Source of the DNA: Isurus oxyrinchus
Lineage: Eukaryota
DNA: 64,000 nucleotides
Reading direction: 5' to 3'
Assembly: GCA_026770705.1 (NCBI GenBank)
Contig: JANJGN010000009.1
Location: 163,494,001-163,558,000, forward strand
Below are positions 23,340 through 36,900 of the stretch, piece by piece. The position numbers and the translations under genes are program-made. How positions within the stretch are numbered: position 1 is the stretch's first letter; each line of letters starts with the position of its first letter. The notes beneath the pieces were generated by a model that searched no databases, was not told where the DNA came from, and was given only the letters and a program-made list of their open reading frames with translations.

Positions 23340-26300
23340 GCAAACACGTTGGCAGTAAGTGTTTGAAGGTTAAGCAGCTTCAGCTCAGAACAGACACTGA
23401 GACACATCAGGGAGAAGGAAAGTTACCTGGATTCTTTGTGCCAGGAGGCAATCACAGCTCTTAGGACAGGGTGAGTGTGACTGCGAGTGCGGCAGGTAAA
23501 GGGACCCAGAGGGCAGGAGCGCAGGAGCCTCAGCCTTTACAATTGTTCTACAGGTCTGAAGTTTTCTCAGCTTGTTTGGACAAGAGCAGCGGGTGAGCAG
23601 GGGGGATGAGCGAACTGACCATGGCACCATGGCACAGGAAGCCATCCAAGTGGGGGGAGCAAACAGGAATGTAGCGGTAGTGAGGGATAGTATAGTCAGA
23701 GGGATTGACACCGTTCTCTGCAGCAAACAGCGTGAGTCCACACGACCATGTTGCCTGCCCGGTGCCAGGGTGTGGGATGTCGGCTCAGGGCTAGGGAGGA
23801 ACTTGCATTGGGAGGGGGAGCACCCAGTCATCGTGGTCCATGTAAGCACCAACGACATAGGCAGCACAGAGAAGGAGATTCTGCACAATCAATATGAGGA
23901 ATGAGGCATCAGATTAAGAAGCAGAACCTCAAAGGTCATAACCTTTGGATTATTACCTGAGCCATGTGCAAATTGCCACAGGACCAATCAGACTCAGGAG
24001 GTGAATGTGGCTCAAAGGCTGGTGTGGAAGAAGTGGGTTCTGGTTTGTAGGGCACAACAACCAGTACTGGGGAAAGTGGGATCTGTACCATTGGGATGGT
24101 CTACACCTGAACCGTGCTGGGACCAGTGTTCTTGCAAGCCACATAACTAGGGAAGTAGAGAGGGTTTTAAACTAAATAGTGGACAACAGATCATATTTGG
24201 GATAATGTTGTAATTCAAGGAGCAGAAACAAGTCAAAAGATAAAGGTATTATTAGGAAAAATGAAAAACAGACACTGACAAGGGGGGATAGAGAGAACAA
24301 ATCTAACAGTAAATCAACAGATGAAACTGAAGGGTATAAAAAGCATAAAAGGATAAAACTAAAAGCTCTGTATCTGAATGCATGTAGCATTCAAAACAAA
24401 ACAGATGAACTGAGAGCGCACATAGAAATAAATAATTACAATTTGATAGCCATTACGGAGACATGGCTGCAGGAGGACATGGATTGGGATGTGAATATTG
24501 AAGGGTACAGGGTACTTAGGAAAGACAGGAAGCGAGGAAAAGGTGTAGCGGTGGCTCTGTTAGTGAATGATGGTATTAGTACAAGAGAGGAAGAAATAAT
24601 TGGAGCTTGTCAGAAAGTCATGGTGATAATCATGGGAGACTTTAATTTACATATAGACTGGAAAAGTCAGATGGGCAAAGATAGCCTAACAGAGGAGTAC
24701 ATTGAATGTTTTCAAGATAGTTTCTGAGCGCGGGATGTTCTGGATTCAGCCAGACAGCAGGCTATACTAGACCTATTACTGTGCAATGAGATGGGAGGAA
24801 TTAACGATCTCATCATGAAGATGCCCCTAGGAAACAATGACCATAATAGGATGAATTTTACATTCAGTTTGTAGGAGAGAGGAGTGGGTCTGAGTCTAAG
24901 GCGGGGATTTTTGGGCCCTGCTGCTGGTGGGACTCGCTGTGGGGGAGGCAGTTCCCCAGCCAGAAGCCCCACTGACTTGCGACAGGACAGGAAGGGCCGG
25001 CGAGCGGGTGTGGAAAATCCCACTGTAAGTTTTTAAACTTTAATAAGGGCAATTATAAGGACATGAAAGCTGGGATGGCTAAAGTGAATTGGCAAAATAG
25101 GTTAAGGTACAGGTCAATCGAAATGCAATGGCTCATATTTAAGGGGATATTTCAGAATGCACATTCCAACGAGTAAGAAAAAGTCTAAGTGACGGACACA
25201 CCATCCGTGGTTAACTTGAATGTTTAAACATAATATCAAACTCAAAGGAAAAGTATATAATTCTGCAAAGACAGGTGGCAGGTCAGAAGATTGGACAGAA
25301 TAAAAGGAACAGCAAAGAATGACTAAAAGACTAATAAGAAGGGAAAATTTAGTTTATGAGAGAAAGGTAGCCAGGAATCTAACAACAGATAGGAAGAGTT
25401 TTTATAAGTACGTAAAAAAGAAAAGAGTGAACAAAGTGTGTGCTGGTCCTATAGAAGGTGAGCCTGGAGAATTGATAATGGAAAACAAGGAGATGGTAGA
25501 TGAATTGAACAGGCATTTTGCACCAGTCATATTGAAAATGTTAGAAGCTATTATTAAAGAAATTATAGCAGGACACTTGGATAAGCTCATGGTCATCAGG
25601 CAGAATCAACATGGTTTTGTGAAAGGGAAATCTGTTCAACCAGTTTTTTGGAGTTCTTTGAGGAAGTAACATGTGCTGTGGATAAAGGGGATCTGGTGGA
25701 TGTACTGTACTGAGGTTTCTAGAAGGCATTTCATAAGTTATTGTGGAAAATAAAAGCTCATGGTATAGGGGGTCACATACTGGTATGGATAGAAAATTGT
25801 CTGGCTAACAAGAAACAGAGAGTAGGCATGAATGAGTCTTTTTTAGTTTGGCAAGATATAAGAGTGTTGTGGCACAGGGATCATTGCTGGGACCTCAACA
25901 GTTTGCACTTAATATCAACGACTTGGATGAAGGGTTTGAAGGGATGGTTTCTGAATTTGCTGATGACACAAAAATAGGTAGAAAGTAAGTTGTGAGGGGG
26001 ACATAAGGAGGCTACAAAAAGATATAGATAGGTTTAGACAGTGGGCACTGATCTGGAAAATGGAGTATAATGTGGGAAAATGTAAAATTGTCCATTTTGG
26101 CAGGAAGAATAAAAGAGAAGCATGTTATCTTAATGGTGAGAGATTGCAGAGCTCTGAGGTGCAGAGGGATCTGGCTGTCCTAGTGCATGAATCAGAAAAG
26201 GTTAGTATGGAGATACCGCAAGTAATTAGGAAAGCTGATAGAATGATTTCATTTATTGTGAGGGAGATTGAATTCAAAAGTAGGGAAGTTATTCTTCATC

Positions 26301-26700
26301 TGCATAGGGCACTAGTGAGACTACATTTGGAGGACTCTGTACAGTATTGGTCACATTATTAAAGGAAGGATGTAAATGCATTGGAAGCAGTTCAGAGAAG
26401 GTTTACCAGGCTAATACCAGGAATGGGTGGATTGTCTAATGAGGAAACGTTGGACAGACTAGGCTTCTATCTGCTGGAGTTTAGAAGAGTAAGAGGCGAA
26501 TTGATTGAAACATATAAGTTCCTGAGGGGAATTGACAGGGTGAGTGCAGAGAGGATGTTTCCTCTTGTGGGAAAATGTGGGGTCACCAATTTAGAACAGA
26601 GATTAGGTGATTTTTTTTAACTCAGAGGCTCGTGAGTCTTTGGAAATCTCTTCCTGAAAAGGTGGTGAAGGGGAGTCTTCGAATATTTTTAAGGCAGAGG
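23340..26700 (+). mobile_element. Degenerate CR1 LINE with internal deletions (esterase ORF1, APE-RT ORF2)
   Basis: ORF1 SGNH/GDSL-like DSIVRG...CLPGAR...VHVSTNDIG; endonuclease IAITETWL, IMGDFN; RT QHGFVKGKS, FADDTK; C-terminal YNVGKCKIVHFG, LEAVQRRFTRLIPG. Many stops and frameshifts. Confidence 0.92.
24900..25025. mobile_element. Short Harbinger-type MITE inserted in the CR1
   Basis: GGCGGGGATTTT...GGAAAATCCCACTG flanked by TAA on both sides; interrupts the CR1 endonuclease region. Confidence 0.65.
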
Positions 26701-26847
26701 TGGAGTGGCACAAATCAGCAGTAACTTGTGGCATTTCACGATTCATTGGCTTTTCTCTTCATCGCCAAAAGTTGCTGACTGATTTTCACATTAAAAGAGG
26801 TGTTCGTAGTTCATACCCCATTATATTTTCAGTAAGTTCTAGCCCAT

Positions 26848-27405
26848 TGTTATAGAATTGATTTTCCAGGCAACTTTTCTGGGTGGAAACATTGAACTTT
26901 ATTTACAAGACAGCAGCAGCAGCTACATGTGTGTATCTAACTCTATAACTAAAGGACAACTCCCCCATGGAGGTTCCCCATGCTGCAAACTGGTTGGATC
27001 ACACAGATCATGTTCTCTTCCCAGAAAGGATTATTCTTAATGTTACAGTCCTACATTGATCAAAACTATAATTATTACATTCCTCACCCTTTACCTTTTC
27101 TGTACATTTGTATTTACAAGGATGTTGATCTCATGACATTAAAATACTTCCACAGGTCATGAAATTATAAGCTTGGTCTTTCAAGTGGTTTCCTGATCCA
27201 TGTGGAACGTTTTAGTTTCACGACCTCAGATTCTCTGACAGGAACCACAGTCTCTGCAATAACATCAGGTACCTCATTAGGCACAGGCAGATCAGTGTCG
27301 TCCACTCCGACAGAGACATCGGGCATGACTATCCTTGGCTGTACAATTTTAACAGGAACCACAGATTCAACAATGGCTACAATTGGAACATCATTTTGTG
27401 GGGTA
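26848..27405 (-). mobile_element. Gypsy-type LTR retrotransposon 3' remnant (LTR ~26848..27079, PPT, integrase tail)
   Basis: TG...CA-bounded segment with a minus-strand AATAAA and an adjacent purine tract (AAGGGTGAGGAA on the minus strand); KRSTWIRKPLER resembles the RRSxRxRKPPxR pol tail. Confidence 0.6.
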
Positions 27406-27699
27406 TCTCCATTCTTTTTAAATCAATCAGATGCTAATGGGTGATCTACAAAGATAAGCAAATAAAACCAAAATGTTAAGAAATCTCTGTATTCAATTTG
27501 ACAACTAAATTTCAGAAATGAAAAAAATACTTCTGTTCCTGTGGGGTTTGTGGAAATTGGGAGGGGGTTCCTGTTCTAACTCACCTCACAATTCAGTATA
27601 AATACTAGCTCAGCTCATCATTATCCATATGTTCTAACTTTTTAACATTCTGGTTTTCAGGATTTTATATCCTCAATGAAAATTAGATTTGTTCTTTTG

Positions 27700-27900
27700 T
27701 TAAATATAACTGACAGAAGTTCACGTTCTTAGGGCCAGATTTCATCAGATGCCTTAATATGGCTTCATGACCTGGCTTCCTGCTATCTTCTTCCTCATTT
27801 AAATTCCTTGCATCATTTATATTAGACACTTATTTCAATGTGAGAAACAAGAGCTGAGTGTCTGGAAACAAGTTCTGTCCTGATCTTTGTGAACAAAACG
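27700..27900 (+). promoter_or_regulatory. Putative proximal promoter of paralog B with PU.1/ETS-like and GATA motifs
   Basis: Directly upstream of the ATG. CTTCCTCATTT at 27790..27800 (minus strand AAATGAGGAAG), CTATCT at 27783..27788, further TTCC cores nearby. Motif matches only; no TSS evidence. Confidence 0.35.
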
Positions 27901-27937
27901 ATGTGGATTTTGATTCTCCTCATTAGTTCTCTGCCCG
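27901..27937 (+). CDS. Paralog B exon 1: signal peptide
   Basis: aaacgATG (A at -3) MWILILLISSLP G|gtgagt; phase 1, in frame with the V exon. Confidence 0.85.
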
Positions 27938-30900
27938 GTGAGTGACAGCCAGACCTGGATATTCCAATAATCTGAGTTGGTTTAACTCTCGTGCGCTGGT
28001 TATACAGCAGATGTTTAAATATTTGGAGACATGCAAAGGCACAAAAGAGGTCTTGGGCACAGTGGGTTGTGTCTCTGTATCTGAGCCAGAAGCTCTGTGT
28101 TTGAGTCCCACTTCAGTTCTTGTTGAGAATGGAAGGCGCGTTCTAACCAGGCCCAACAGGTTGATTATCAACCTGAAAATCTTCCAACAGACCGAAGGCT
28201 GGTGGGAAGAGGGTTTGAGATCCCAGTGCAACATGTTTGTTGTGGAGTGGTGCCGCTCATTCTGTTGCCTCCGGAGGTTGTGACCTGTTTCAGGGAAAAC
28301 AAGCTTTGGAAAGCAAAAGTAAACATGTGCTTTGTCTGCCGCATCCGTCTCTAGATGTGGGAAGTCTCCTAAGTCTAAAGGCACAAATTAGTCAGCAAAA
28401 CCAAATGAATAATAATTGTGAAATATATTATTACCCTGTGAATTTACTATCACACCATGGGAATAGTTAACAAATAAACTGAACTGCATTATTAATTATG
28501 AATGATAAGTAAAGGAGAATTCAATTTTCAGAAATCTATGCAAGCAACATTTTGAAAATGAAAACCTGTTTTAATTGGTAATTTTCAATATAATCTGATG
28601 TCCAGTATACACTGAAAACTGCAGCGGTAATAATCCCACAAATAAAACATGTCCCAAGTTGGCGAATATTTCTGTTTTTTAAAGTACAGTTGATGAAATA
28701 TTGTGTTATGAGGCTCTCTCAGTGACACTGTTCCTCACTGGTAGATGGTTGGTCTACATCACTCTTCTCATAAGTAGCCTTTTCTTGTTCATTCTTTAAC
28801 TTTAAGAAACTAGATTTTGCTCATCACTCAGTATTGCCACCTCTCCATCATTTTCAATGAATGTATTTTATAACACACAATGTTAAACTCCCAGCCCCAT
28901 CTGCTCTAAGCCACTACTTTAACTTCCGCAAAATATTTTGTGCCTCTAGCTTATCAATTTTATGCAGAATACTTGATGTACTTATGGACAGGAAACTGAA
29001 TCATGTTTCTGTCGGTTTGGCAATCTTCTTCTTTTCAATCCTTCCTCTTTCTGATCTGATCTCTTTCCCATTTGCTTTTCAACTGTAACTTTTCCTGTAT
29101 CTTTTTCCTTTTCTTCACTTCTCTCTAGCCATTTAATTATTTTCAATCTCTCTTTTGTTATTTTAGTGCAAACTCTTTCTCCACAGCATGAGTTTCTCTC
29201 CCAGCAAGGCCATTGGTCTCATGAACGTTCAAGTCAAGGCATCCAAATCCCTACCTCAGGAATCCATCCATCCTTCAAGGCCACCTATCACACAACCTCT
29301 CAAACCTTCAAGGCCTTCAAATCCTACCTATGGACATCCCTAACTCATTCAAGATCTGAACACCCCCTCCTGCAAGGACCCAAGCATCCCCCGCACCCCA
29401 CCCACCTCAGATCAGAGCAGGGAACTGTCGGCTCCTGTGACCCCCTCCACACTGCTCCCCAACCAACTGCAAATCAGGCCTGTCAATCAGACTGGTTTCT
29501 GGAACCTCTTGATGATGTCATACGCAGTCTGGGGTTAAACCCTACAGTATGGGGCAGAACCTCAATTTCCAGGTTCCCCACACTCTACCAACCCCTGCCA
29601 ATAAGTCAAGAAAATGCCCCAAATATCTCCCAAATAAATCATTGTCTGAGACGCGCTTTGGAACACAGTGAGGCTCTGATAAGTGTCTATATGAATGATT
29701 ACTCTCATCACAAACTTGATGGAATTTAACTCATTAAAATGCATCTGTTTGAATTAAGCAGTTATTTCCAGTTCAGTTTCTCAAATGTTGTCTCCTCAGT
29801 TTCAGGTGCATTGTGGGCAAAAAAAGAAGTAACAGGAGTTGTGGGAAGAGCGATCACAATAGAATGTCACTATGATGCACGTTACAAGTCACATATAAAA
29901 TATTGGTGTTGCGGCTGGAGTCGCCAGTGTAATATTTTAGTATTGAAAAATCAGCAAAATGGAAGAATATCGATCACAGATAACAAGGCAACAGGAATAT
30001 TTATTGTTACTATGGTGGATCTTCACTCAAGAGATACAGGATGGTACAGCTGTGGTATTGACAAACCTGGCCTCCTCGATTCAATGTTTGCTGTGTGGCT
30101 ACAAATATCTTACGGTACATTTCTTACTGATTTTCTTTATTATTCTCAACTGAAATGTCTGCTCAATGTTTTATCTGAGAGGAAACATGACAGCTCCGAT
30201 ATCCCGAGGCTCCACAGCAATGCAGAGACTTAAAGGTAAAGGGCAGAGGTCGGGAAATCCAACTCATGTTACCCAAACCCAATTCATGGCCTGTCAAACA
30301 TGTCAGAGTTGAACTTTACAAGTGAACTAAACGGAAATTGAGAAGTTGTTTTGATGGTAAAAGAAGCCTCTTTATTAATTGTTGAGACATTGGGCTGGAT
30401 ATTCAGCCTCAAAGCGGGTAGGGGCAATTCGGAAAATTCCCCGCTCGGCCTTGGAAGAAAGTGCCCACAAAGGTGGGATTTCCATTGCTGGGAGCTGTGC
30501 CCAGGCTGCAGTCTGGCCAGCCACACCAGGAAGAAATGCAGAGGCAGCCACAGGGACTGCCGGCTGCGGAGACGGGCTGTTTCAAAGGCCCCTCCTTAAT
30601 GCCCTTGGACTTTGTAACAGCTAAACTCAAAACACAAAGGCCCTTCACCCCTCACCCCCCACAGCCCACAAAGAGGGTGGGTATAAGGGGAAAATTTGTC
30701 ATGAGAGTTCTTGGAGGTGGGTGGAAGTGTACAGCTTGAAGTCAGGAGCATGATGGATTATAAGGCGTGGGTAAAGGGACATAGGGGGCATTAACGGCCA
30801 AACGTGATGGATGAGGATGTGACTTGACATAGGGGGCATGAGATGGACCTTTTGAACTTAGCTCTTAAAAGGTCCCCTCATGCAAACCAGTGTTTACAGC

Positions 30901-33900
30901 TCCTCTGAGGGGCTTTGGACTACGACTCATTCAAAACCTGGCCCGAGTCCATGAAAATTGCAGAGGAGTAGGACGTGTCTGTCTCCACAATGGAGGCAGC
31001 CAGGTTGGAGTGTAAAAAACAAAAATACAAACAAAAAACTGAGGATGCTGGAAATCCAAAACAAAAAGTAAGAAATACCTGGAAAATCTCAGCAGGTCTG
31101 GCAGCATCGGCGGAGAAGAGCACAGTTGATGTTTCGAGTCCTGATGACCCTTCAACAGAACTAAGTGAAAAGAAGAGAGGGGTGAAATATAAGCTTGTCT
31201 AAGGGGTGGGGGTGGGGGTGCGGGTGGATAGAGAAGTGGGGAGGTGGTTGTTGGGACAAGCAAGCAGTGATAGGAGGAGATAACCAAAAGATGTCACAGA
31301 CAAAAGAACAAAGAGGTGTTGAAGGTGGTGATATTATCTAAAAGAATGTGCTAATTAAGAACGTATAGCAAGACAAGCAAGGTACAGATAGGTCATGTGG
31401 GGGTGGGGTGAAATAAGACTAAAAGGGCATAAAATGTATAGATAAATGATCAGTGGAATACATTAAAAATATTGCAAATAGGTGGGAAAAGAAAAATCTA
31501 TATAAATTATTGGAAAAAAGAAAAAGGATGGGGAAGAAATGGAAAGGGGGTGGGAATGGAGGAGGGAGTTCAAGATCTAAAATTGTTGATCTCAATATTC
31601 AGTCCAGAAGGCTGTAAAGTGCCTAGTCGGAAGATGAGGTGTTGTTCCTCCAGTTTGCGTTGAGCTTCACTGGAACATTGCAGCAGGCCAAGGAACAGAC
31701 ATGTGGGCAAGAGAGCAGGGTGGAGTGTTGAAATGGCAAGCGACAGGGAGGTTTGGGTCATTCTTGCGGACAGACCGCAGGTGTTCTGCAAAACAATCAC
31801 CCAGTCTGCGTTTGGTCTTTCCAATGTAGAGGAAACTGCATTGGGAGCAACGAATGCAGTAGACTAAGTTGGGGGAAATGCAAGCGAAATGCTGCTTCAC
31901 TTGAAAGGAATGTTTGGGCCCTTGGACGGTGAGGAGAGAGGAATTGAAGGGGCAGGTGTTGCATCTTTTGCGTGGGCATGGGGAGTTGCCATAGGTGGGG
32001 GTTGAGGAGTAGAGGGTGATGGAGGAGTGGACCAGAGTGTCCCAGAGGGAACGATCCCTATGGAATGCCACCGGGGTGGTGAAGGGAAGATGTGTTTGGT
32101 GGTGGCTTCATGCTGGAGTTGGCGGAAATGGTGGAGGATGATCCTTTGAATGCGGAGGCTGGTGGGGTGATAAGTGAGGACAAGGGGGACCTTATCATGT
32201 TTCTGGGAGGGAGGAGAAGGCGTGAGGGTGGATGCGCGGTAGATGGGCCGGACACGGTTGAGAGCCCTGTCAACGACCGTGGGTGGAAAACCTCAGTTAA
32301 GGAAGAAGGAGGACATGTCAGAGGAACCGTTTTTGAAGGTAGCATCATTGGAACAGATGCGACGAAGGCGAAGGAACTGAGAGAATGGGATGGAGTCCTT
32401 ACAGGAAGCGGGGTGTGAGGAGCTGTAGTCGAGGTAGCTGTGGGAGTCGGTGGGTTTGTAATGGATATTGGTGGACAGTCTATCACCAGAGATTGAGACA
32501 CAGAGGTCAAGGAAGGGAAGGGAAGTGTCAGAGATGGACCATTTGAAAATGATGGAGGGGTGGAGATTGGAAGCAAAATTAATAAATTTTTCCAGGTCCA
32601 AACGAGAGCATGAAGCAGCACCGAAGTAATCATCAATGTACCAGAGAAAGAGTTGTGGGAGTGGGCCGGAATAGGACTGGAACAAGGAATGTTCCACATA
32701 CCCCATAAAGGGACAGGGGCTCATGTGGGTACCCTTAGTCACACCTTTTATTTGGAGGAAGTGAGAGGAGTTAAAGGAGAAATTGTTCAGTGTGAGAACA
32801 AGTTCAGCCAGACGGAGGAGAGTAGTGGTGGATGGGGATTGTTCGGGCCTCTGTTCGAGGAAAAAGCTAAGGGCCCTCAGACCATCCTGGTGGGGGATGG
32901 AGGTGTAGAGGGATTGGATGTCCATGGTGAAGAGGAAACAGTTGGGGGCAGGGAACTGGAAATTGTTGATGTGACGTAAGGTGTCAGAGGAATCACGGAT
33001 GTAGGTGGGAAGGGACTGGACAAGGGCAGAGAAAAAGGATTCAAGATAACGAGAAATGAGTTCCGTGGGGCAGGAACAGGCTGACACGATCAGTCTGCCG
33101 GGACAGTTCTGTTTGTGGATTTTGGGTAGGAGGTAGAAGCGGGCCGTCCGAGGTTGGGCGACTATCAGGTTGGAAGCTGTGGGAGGAAGATCCCCAGAGG
33201 GGATGAGGTCAGTGACAGTCCTGGAAACAATGGCTTGATGTTCAGTGATGGGGTCATGGTCCATGGAGAGGTCGGAGGAAGTGTCTGCGAATTGACGCTC
33301 AGCCTCTGTGAGGTAGAGGCCAGTGCGCCAGACAACAACAGCACCACCCTTGACAGCGGGTTTGATGACAATGTTGGGGTTGGATCTGAGGGAACGGAGT
33401 GCAGTAAGTCACAAAACAACTGTTTGCTGAAATGCTAAACAAAGATAAATATTGAGATAAAAGCAAAGAACTGCGGATGCTGGAAATGCAAACCAAAGAC
33501 AGAAATAGAAATATCTGGAAAAACTCAGCAGGTCTGGCAGCATCGGTGGAGAAGAGCACAGTTGATGTTTCGAGTCCTCATGACCCTTCAACAGAACTAA
33601 GTAACAATAGGAAAGGGGTGAAATATAAGCTGGTTTAAGAGGAAGGTGGGTGCGTTGTTGGGACAAGAAGCCAGTAATAGGTGGAGATAACCAAAAGATG
33701 TCACAGACAAAAGAACAAAGAGGTGTTGAAGGTGGTGATATTTTCTAAAGGAATGTGCTAATTAAGGGTAGAAAGCAGGACAAACAAGGTACAGATAGAC
33801 CTAGTGGGGGTGGGGTGGGGTGAAGGAATACTAAAAATTCTAAAAATTAGAGATTAACAGTGGATGGAAATACATTTAAAAATAATGGAAATAGGCGGGA

Positions 33901-36900
33901 AAAGAAAACTCTATATAAACTATTGGAAAAAAACAAAAAGTGGAGGAAGAAACGGAAAGGGGATGGAGATGGCGGTTGGGGCCAGGGAACTGGAAATTGT
34001 TGATGTGACGTAAGGTGTCAGAGGAATCACGGATGTAGGTGGGAAGGGACTGGACAAGGGGAGAGCGAAGGGAGTCAAGATAATGAGAATTGAGTTCCGT
34101 GGGGCAGGAAGAGGCTGACACGATCAGTCTGCCGGGACAGTCCTGTTTGTGGATTTTGGGTAGGAGGTAGAAGCGGGCCGTCCGAGGTTGGGAGACTATC
34201 AGGTTGGAAGCTGTGGGAGGAAGATCTCCAGAGGAGATGAGGTCAGTGACAGATCTGGAAGCAATGGCTTGATGTTCAGTGGTGGGGTCATGGTCCAGGG
34301 AGAGGTAGGAGGAAGTGTCTGCGAGTTGACGCTCAGCCTCCACAAGGTAGAGGTCAGTGCGCCAGACAACAACTGCACCACCCTTGTCAGCGGGTTTGAT
34401 GGCAATGTTGGGGTTAGGCCTGAGAGAATGGAGTGCAGTATGTTCAGAGAGAGACAGGTTAGAATGGGTGAGAGGAGCAGAGAAATTGAGACGACTAATG
34501 TCACGCCGACAGTTCTCAATGAAAAGATCAAGAGAAGGTAAGAATCCAGAGGGAGGGGTCCAGGTGGAGGGAGAATATTGGAGGTGGGTAAAAGGATCCG
34601 TTGAATGGGGAGAGGACTCCTGCCCAAAGAAGTGAGCCCGGAGACGAAGACGGTGGAAGAAGAGTTCAGCATCATGCCGAGCCCGAAATTCATTGAGGTG
34701 AGGACGTAAGGGTATGAAACTAAGTCCTTTGCTGAGCACTGAACGTTCAGCATCAGAGAGGGGAAGGTCAGGGTGTATAGTGAATACCCGACCGGGGCTG
34801 GGATTGGAAGATGGGGTGGGGACAGAGGGACAGGCAGGGTTGGAGGGTCCTGGATGTGTGTTGGTATCACTGAGTTGTTGCAGCTTGCGTTCCTTAGCAC
34901 TTGAGAGAAAGAGAAAAGGTTTCTTGTTGAGGCGACGGATGAGACGAAGAATAGAATGAAACTGGGGGCACGGGCAGCTTTGGAAAGGGGTACGGCGATG
35001 CTGCTGGAGGGAGAGGTCGAATGTGTTCATATGGCAGCGCATGGCACTGAGTGTGGATCTCAGAATGCAACGGGAACAGTATTCCGAGGAATGTTGTATG
35101 TCCCAGAGATACCTGTAATCCTGGGTTGGTTCGAATCCGATGGAATTTCAGTTGAGATCCACATGGGGTAAGTCGGAGACGGAGACAGTCACTGAGAAAG
35201 GAAATATGGCTGTGAAAGCGGGTTTTAGTAAACACCTTGTCAAACACCAGGAGAGAAATGGAAAGCAATGAAGGTAAATAAGGCAAAAGAGAGATATGAA
35301 AATCCTGACGGAGAGTAGTACAAAACTTCTTTAAGGTAGGGATGTCTTGAAGAGAAGTGGCAGTCAATTAAACACGGATAAAAGCAAAAAACTGCGGATG
35401 CTGGAAATTCAAAACAAAAACAGAAACATAAATAGCTGGAAAAACTCAGCAGGTCTGGCAGCATCAGCGGAAAGAGCACAGTTGATGTTTCGAGTCCTCA
35501 TGACCCATCAACAGAACTAAGTAAAAATAGGAGAGGGGTGAAATATAAGCTGGTCTAAGGGGTGGGGGTGGGTGGTGGTGGAGGGAGAAGTTGTTGGGAC
35601 AAGCAAGCAGTGATAGGAGGAGATAACCAAAAGATGTCACAGACAAATGAACAAAGAGGTGTTGAAGGTGGTGATATTATCCAAAAGATTGTGCTAATTA
35701 AGGATGGGTAGCAGGACAAGCAAGGTATATGGTGGCATCATGCTGCAGTTGGAGGCGGAAATGGCGGAGAATGATCCTTTAGTGCGGAGGCTGGTGGAGT
35801 GATAAGTGAGGACAAGGGAGACCTCTTCATGTTTCTGGGAGACTTGCTGCCTTCTTCCAGTGAAGCTCAATGCAAACCGGAGGAACAGCACGTCATCTTC
35901 CGACTAGGCACTTTAGAGCCATTGGGACTGAATATTAAGTTCAACAATTTTAGATCATAAACTCCCTCCTCCATCCCCACCCCCTTTCTGTTTCTTCTCC
36001 CTCCTTTTTCCTTTTTCCAATACTTTATATAGATTTTTCTTTTCCCACCTATTTCCATTATTTTTAATGTATTGCACCGATCATTTATCTATACCTTTTA
36101 AGCCCTTTAAGTCTTATTTCACCCCACCCCCACTAGAGCTATCTGTACCTTGATTGTCCTGCTATCCATTCTTAATTAGCACATTCTTTTAGATGATGTC
36201 ACCACATTCAACACCTCTTTGTTCTTTTGTCTGTGACATCTTTGGGTTATCGCCTCCTATCACTGCTTGCTTGTCCCAACAACTACCGCCGACTTCTCTC
36301 TCCACCGCCCCCCCGCCCCCCGACCCATTAGACCAGCTTATATTTCACCCCTTTCCTATTTTTACTTCGTTCTGTTGAAGGGTCATAAGGACTCTAAATG
36401 TCAACTGTGCTCTTCTCTGCCGATGCTGCCAGACCTGCTGAGTTTTTCCAGGTTGGGGAGTTCTGGGTGTGGCTTTTGAATGATCCAGCCTGTATCCTTT
36501 AAAGCTGCTCCCAAAATCACACAACCCAGGAACGCAGTTGGGAATCCCAGAATTAGGACACACCCGCCATTTTTAAAGGGCTCCTGAATCAACCCAAGTT
36601 GGTGAAATCCAGGCCGTCACTTTGGTCTGAAGGCTGCACAAAGCACAGGGTAGAGGTCCTGGACTGAGACACCTGCCTTTATCTTGTACAGAAAGTGTTC
36701 ACATGTGAGTGACATGAACATTGCTCATCAAAACAAGGAGCGATAGGCAGGGAGACATTCTTTGGAGTTTATTGACAATAATGAACAGTATGTACAAGTG
36801 ATTAACACCCGTGCCCAGGACGTGCAACTGGCCTAAATAGCCAAGTGGTTATGGTACTGGGTTTGTAACCCCAAGATCAGGAATTCAAATCTCACAATGG

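Noticed and set aside
29166-29729. 187-aa ORF in intron 1 as an extra exon
   Set aside because: No recognisable domain, looks like MITE-type debris, and the signal and V exons join directly in frame.
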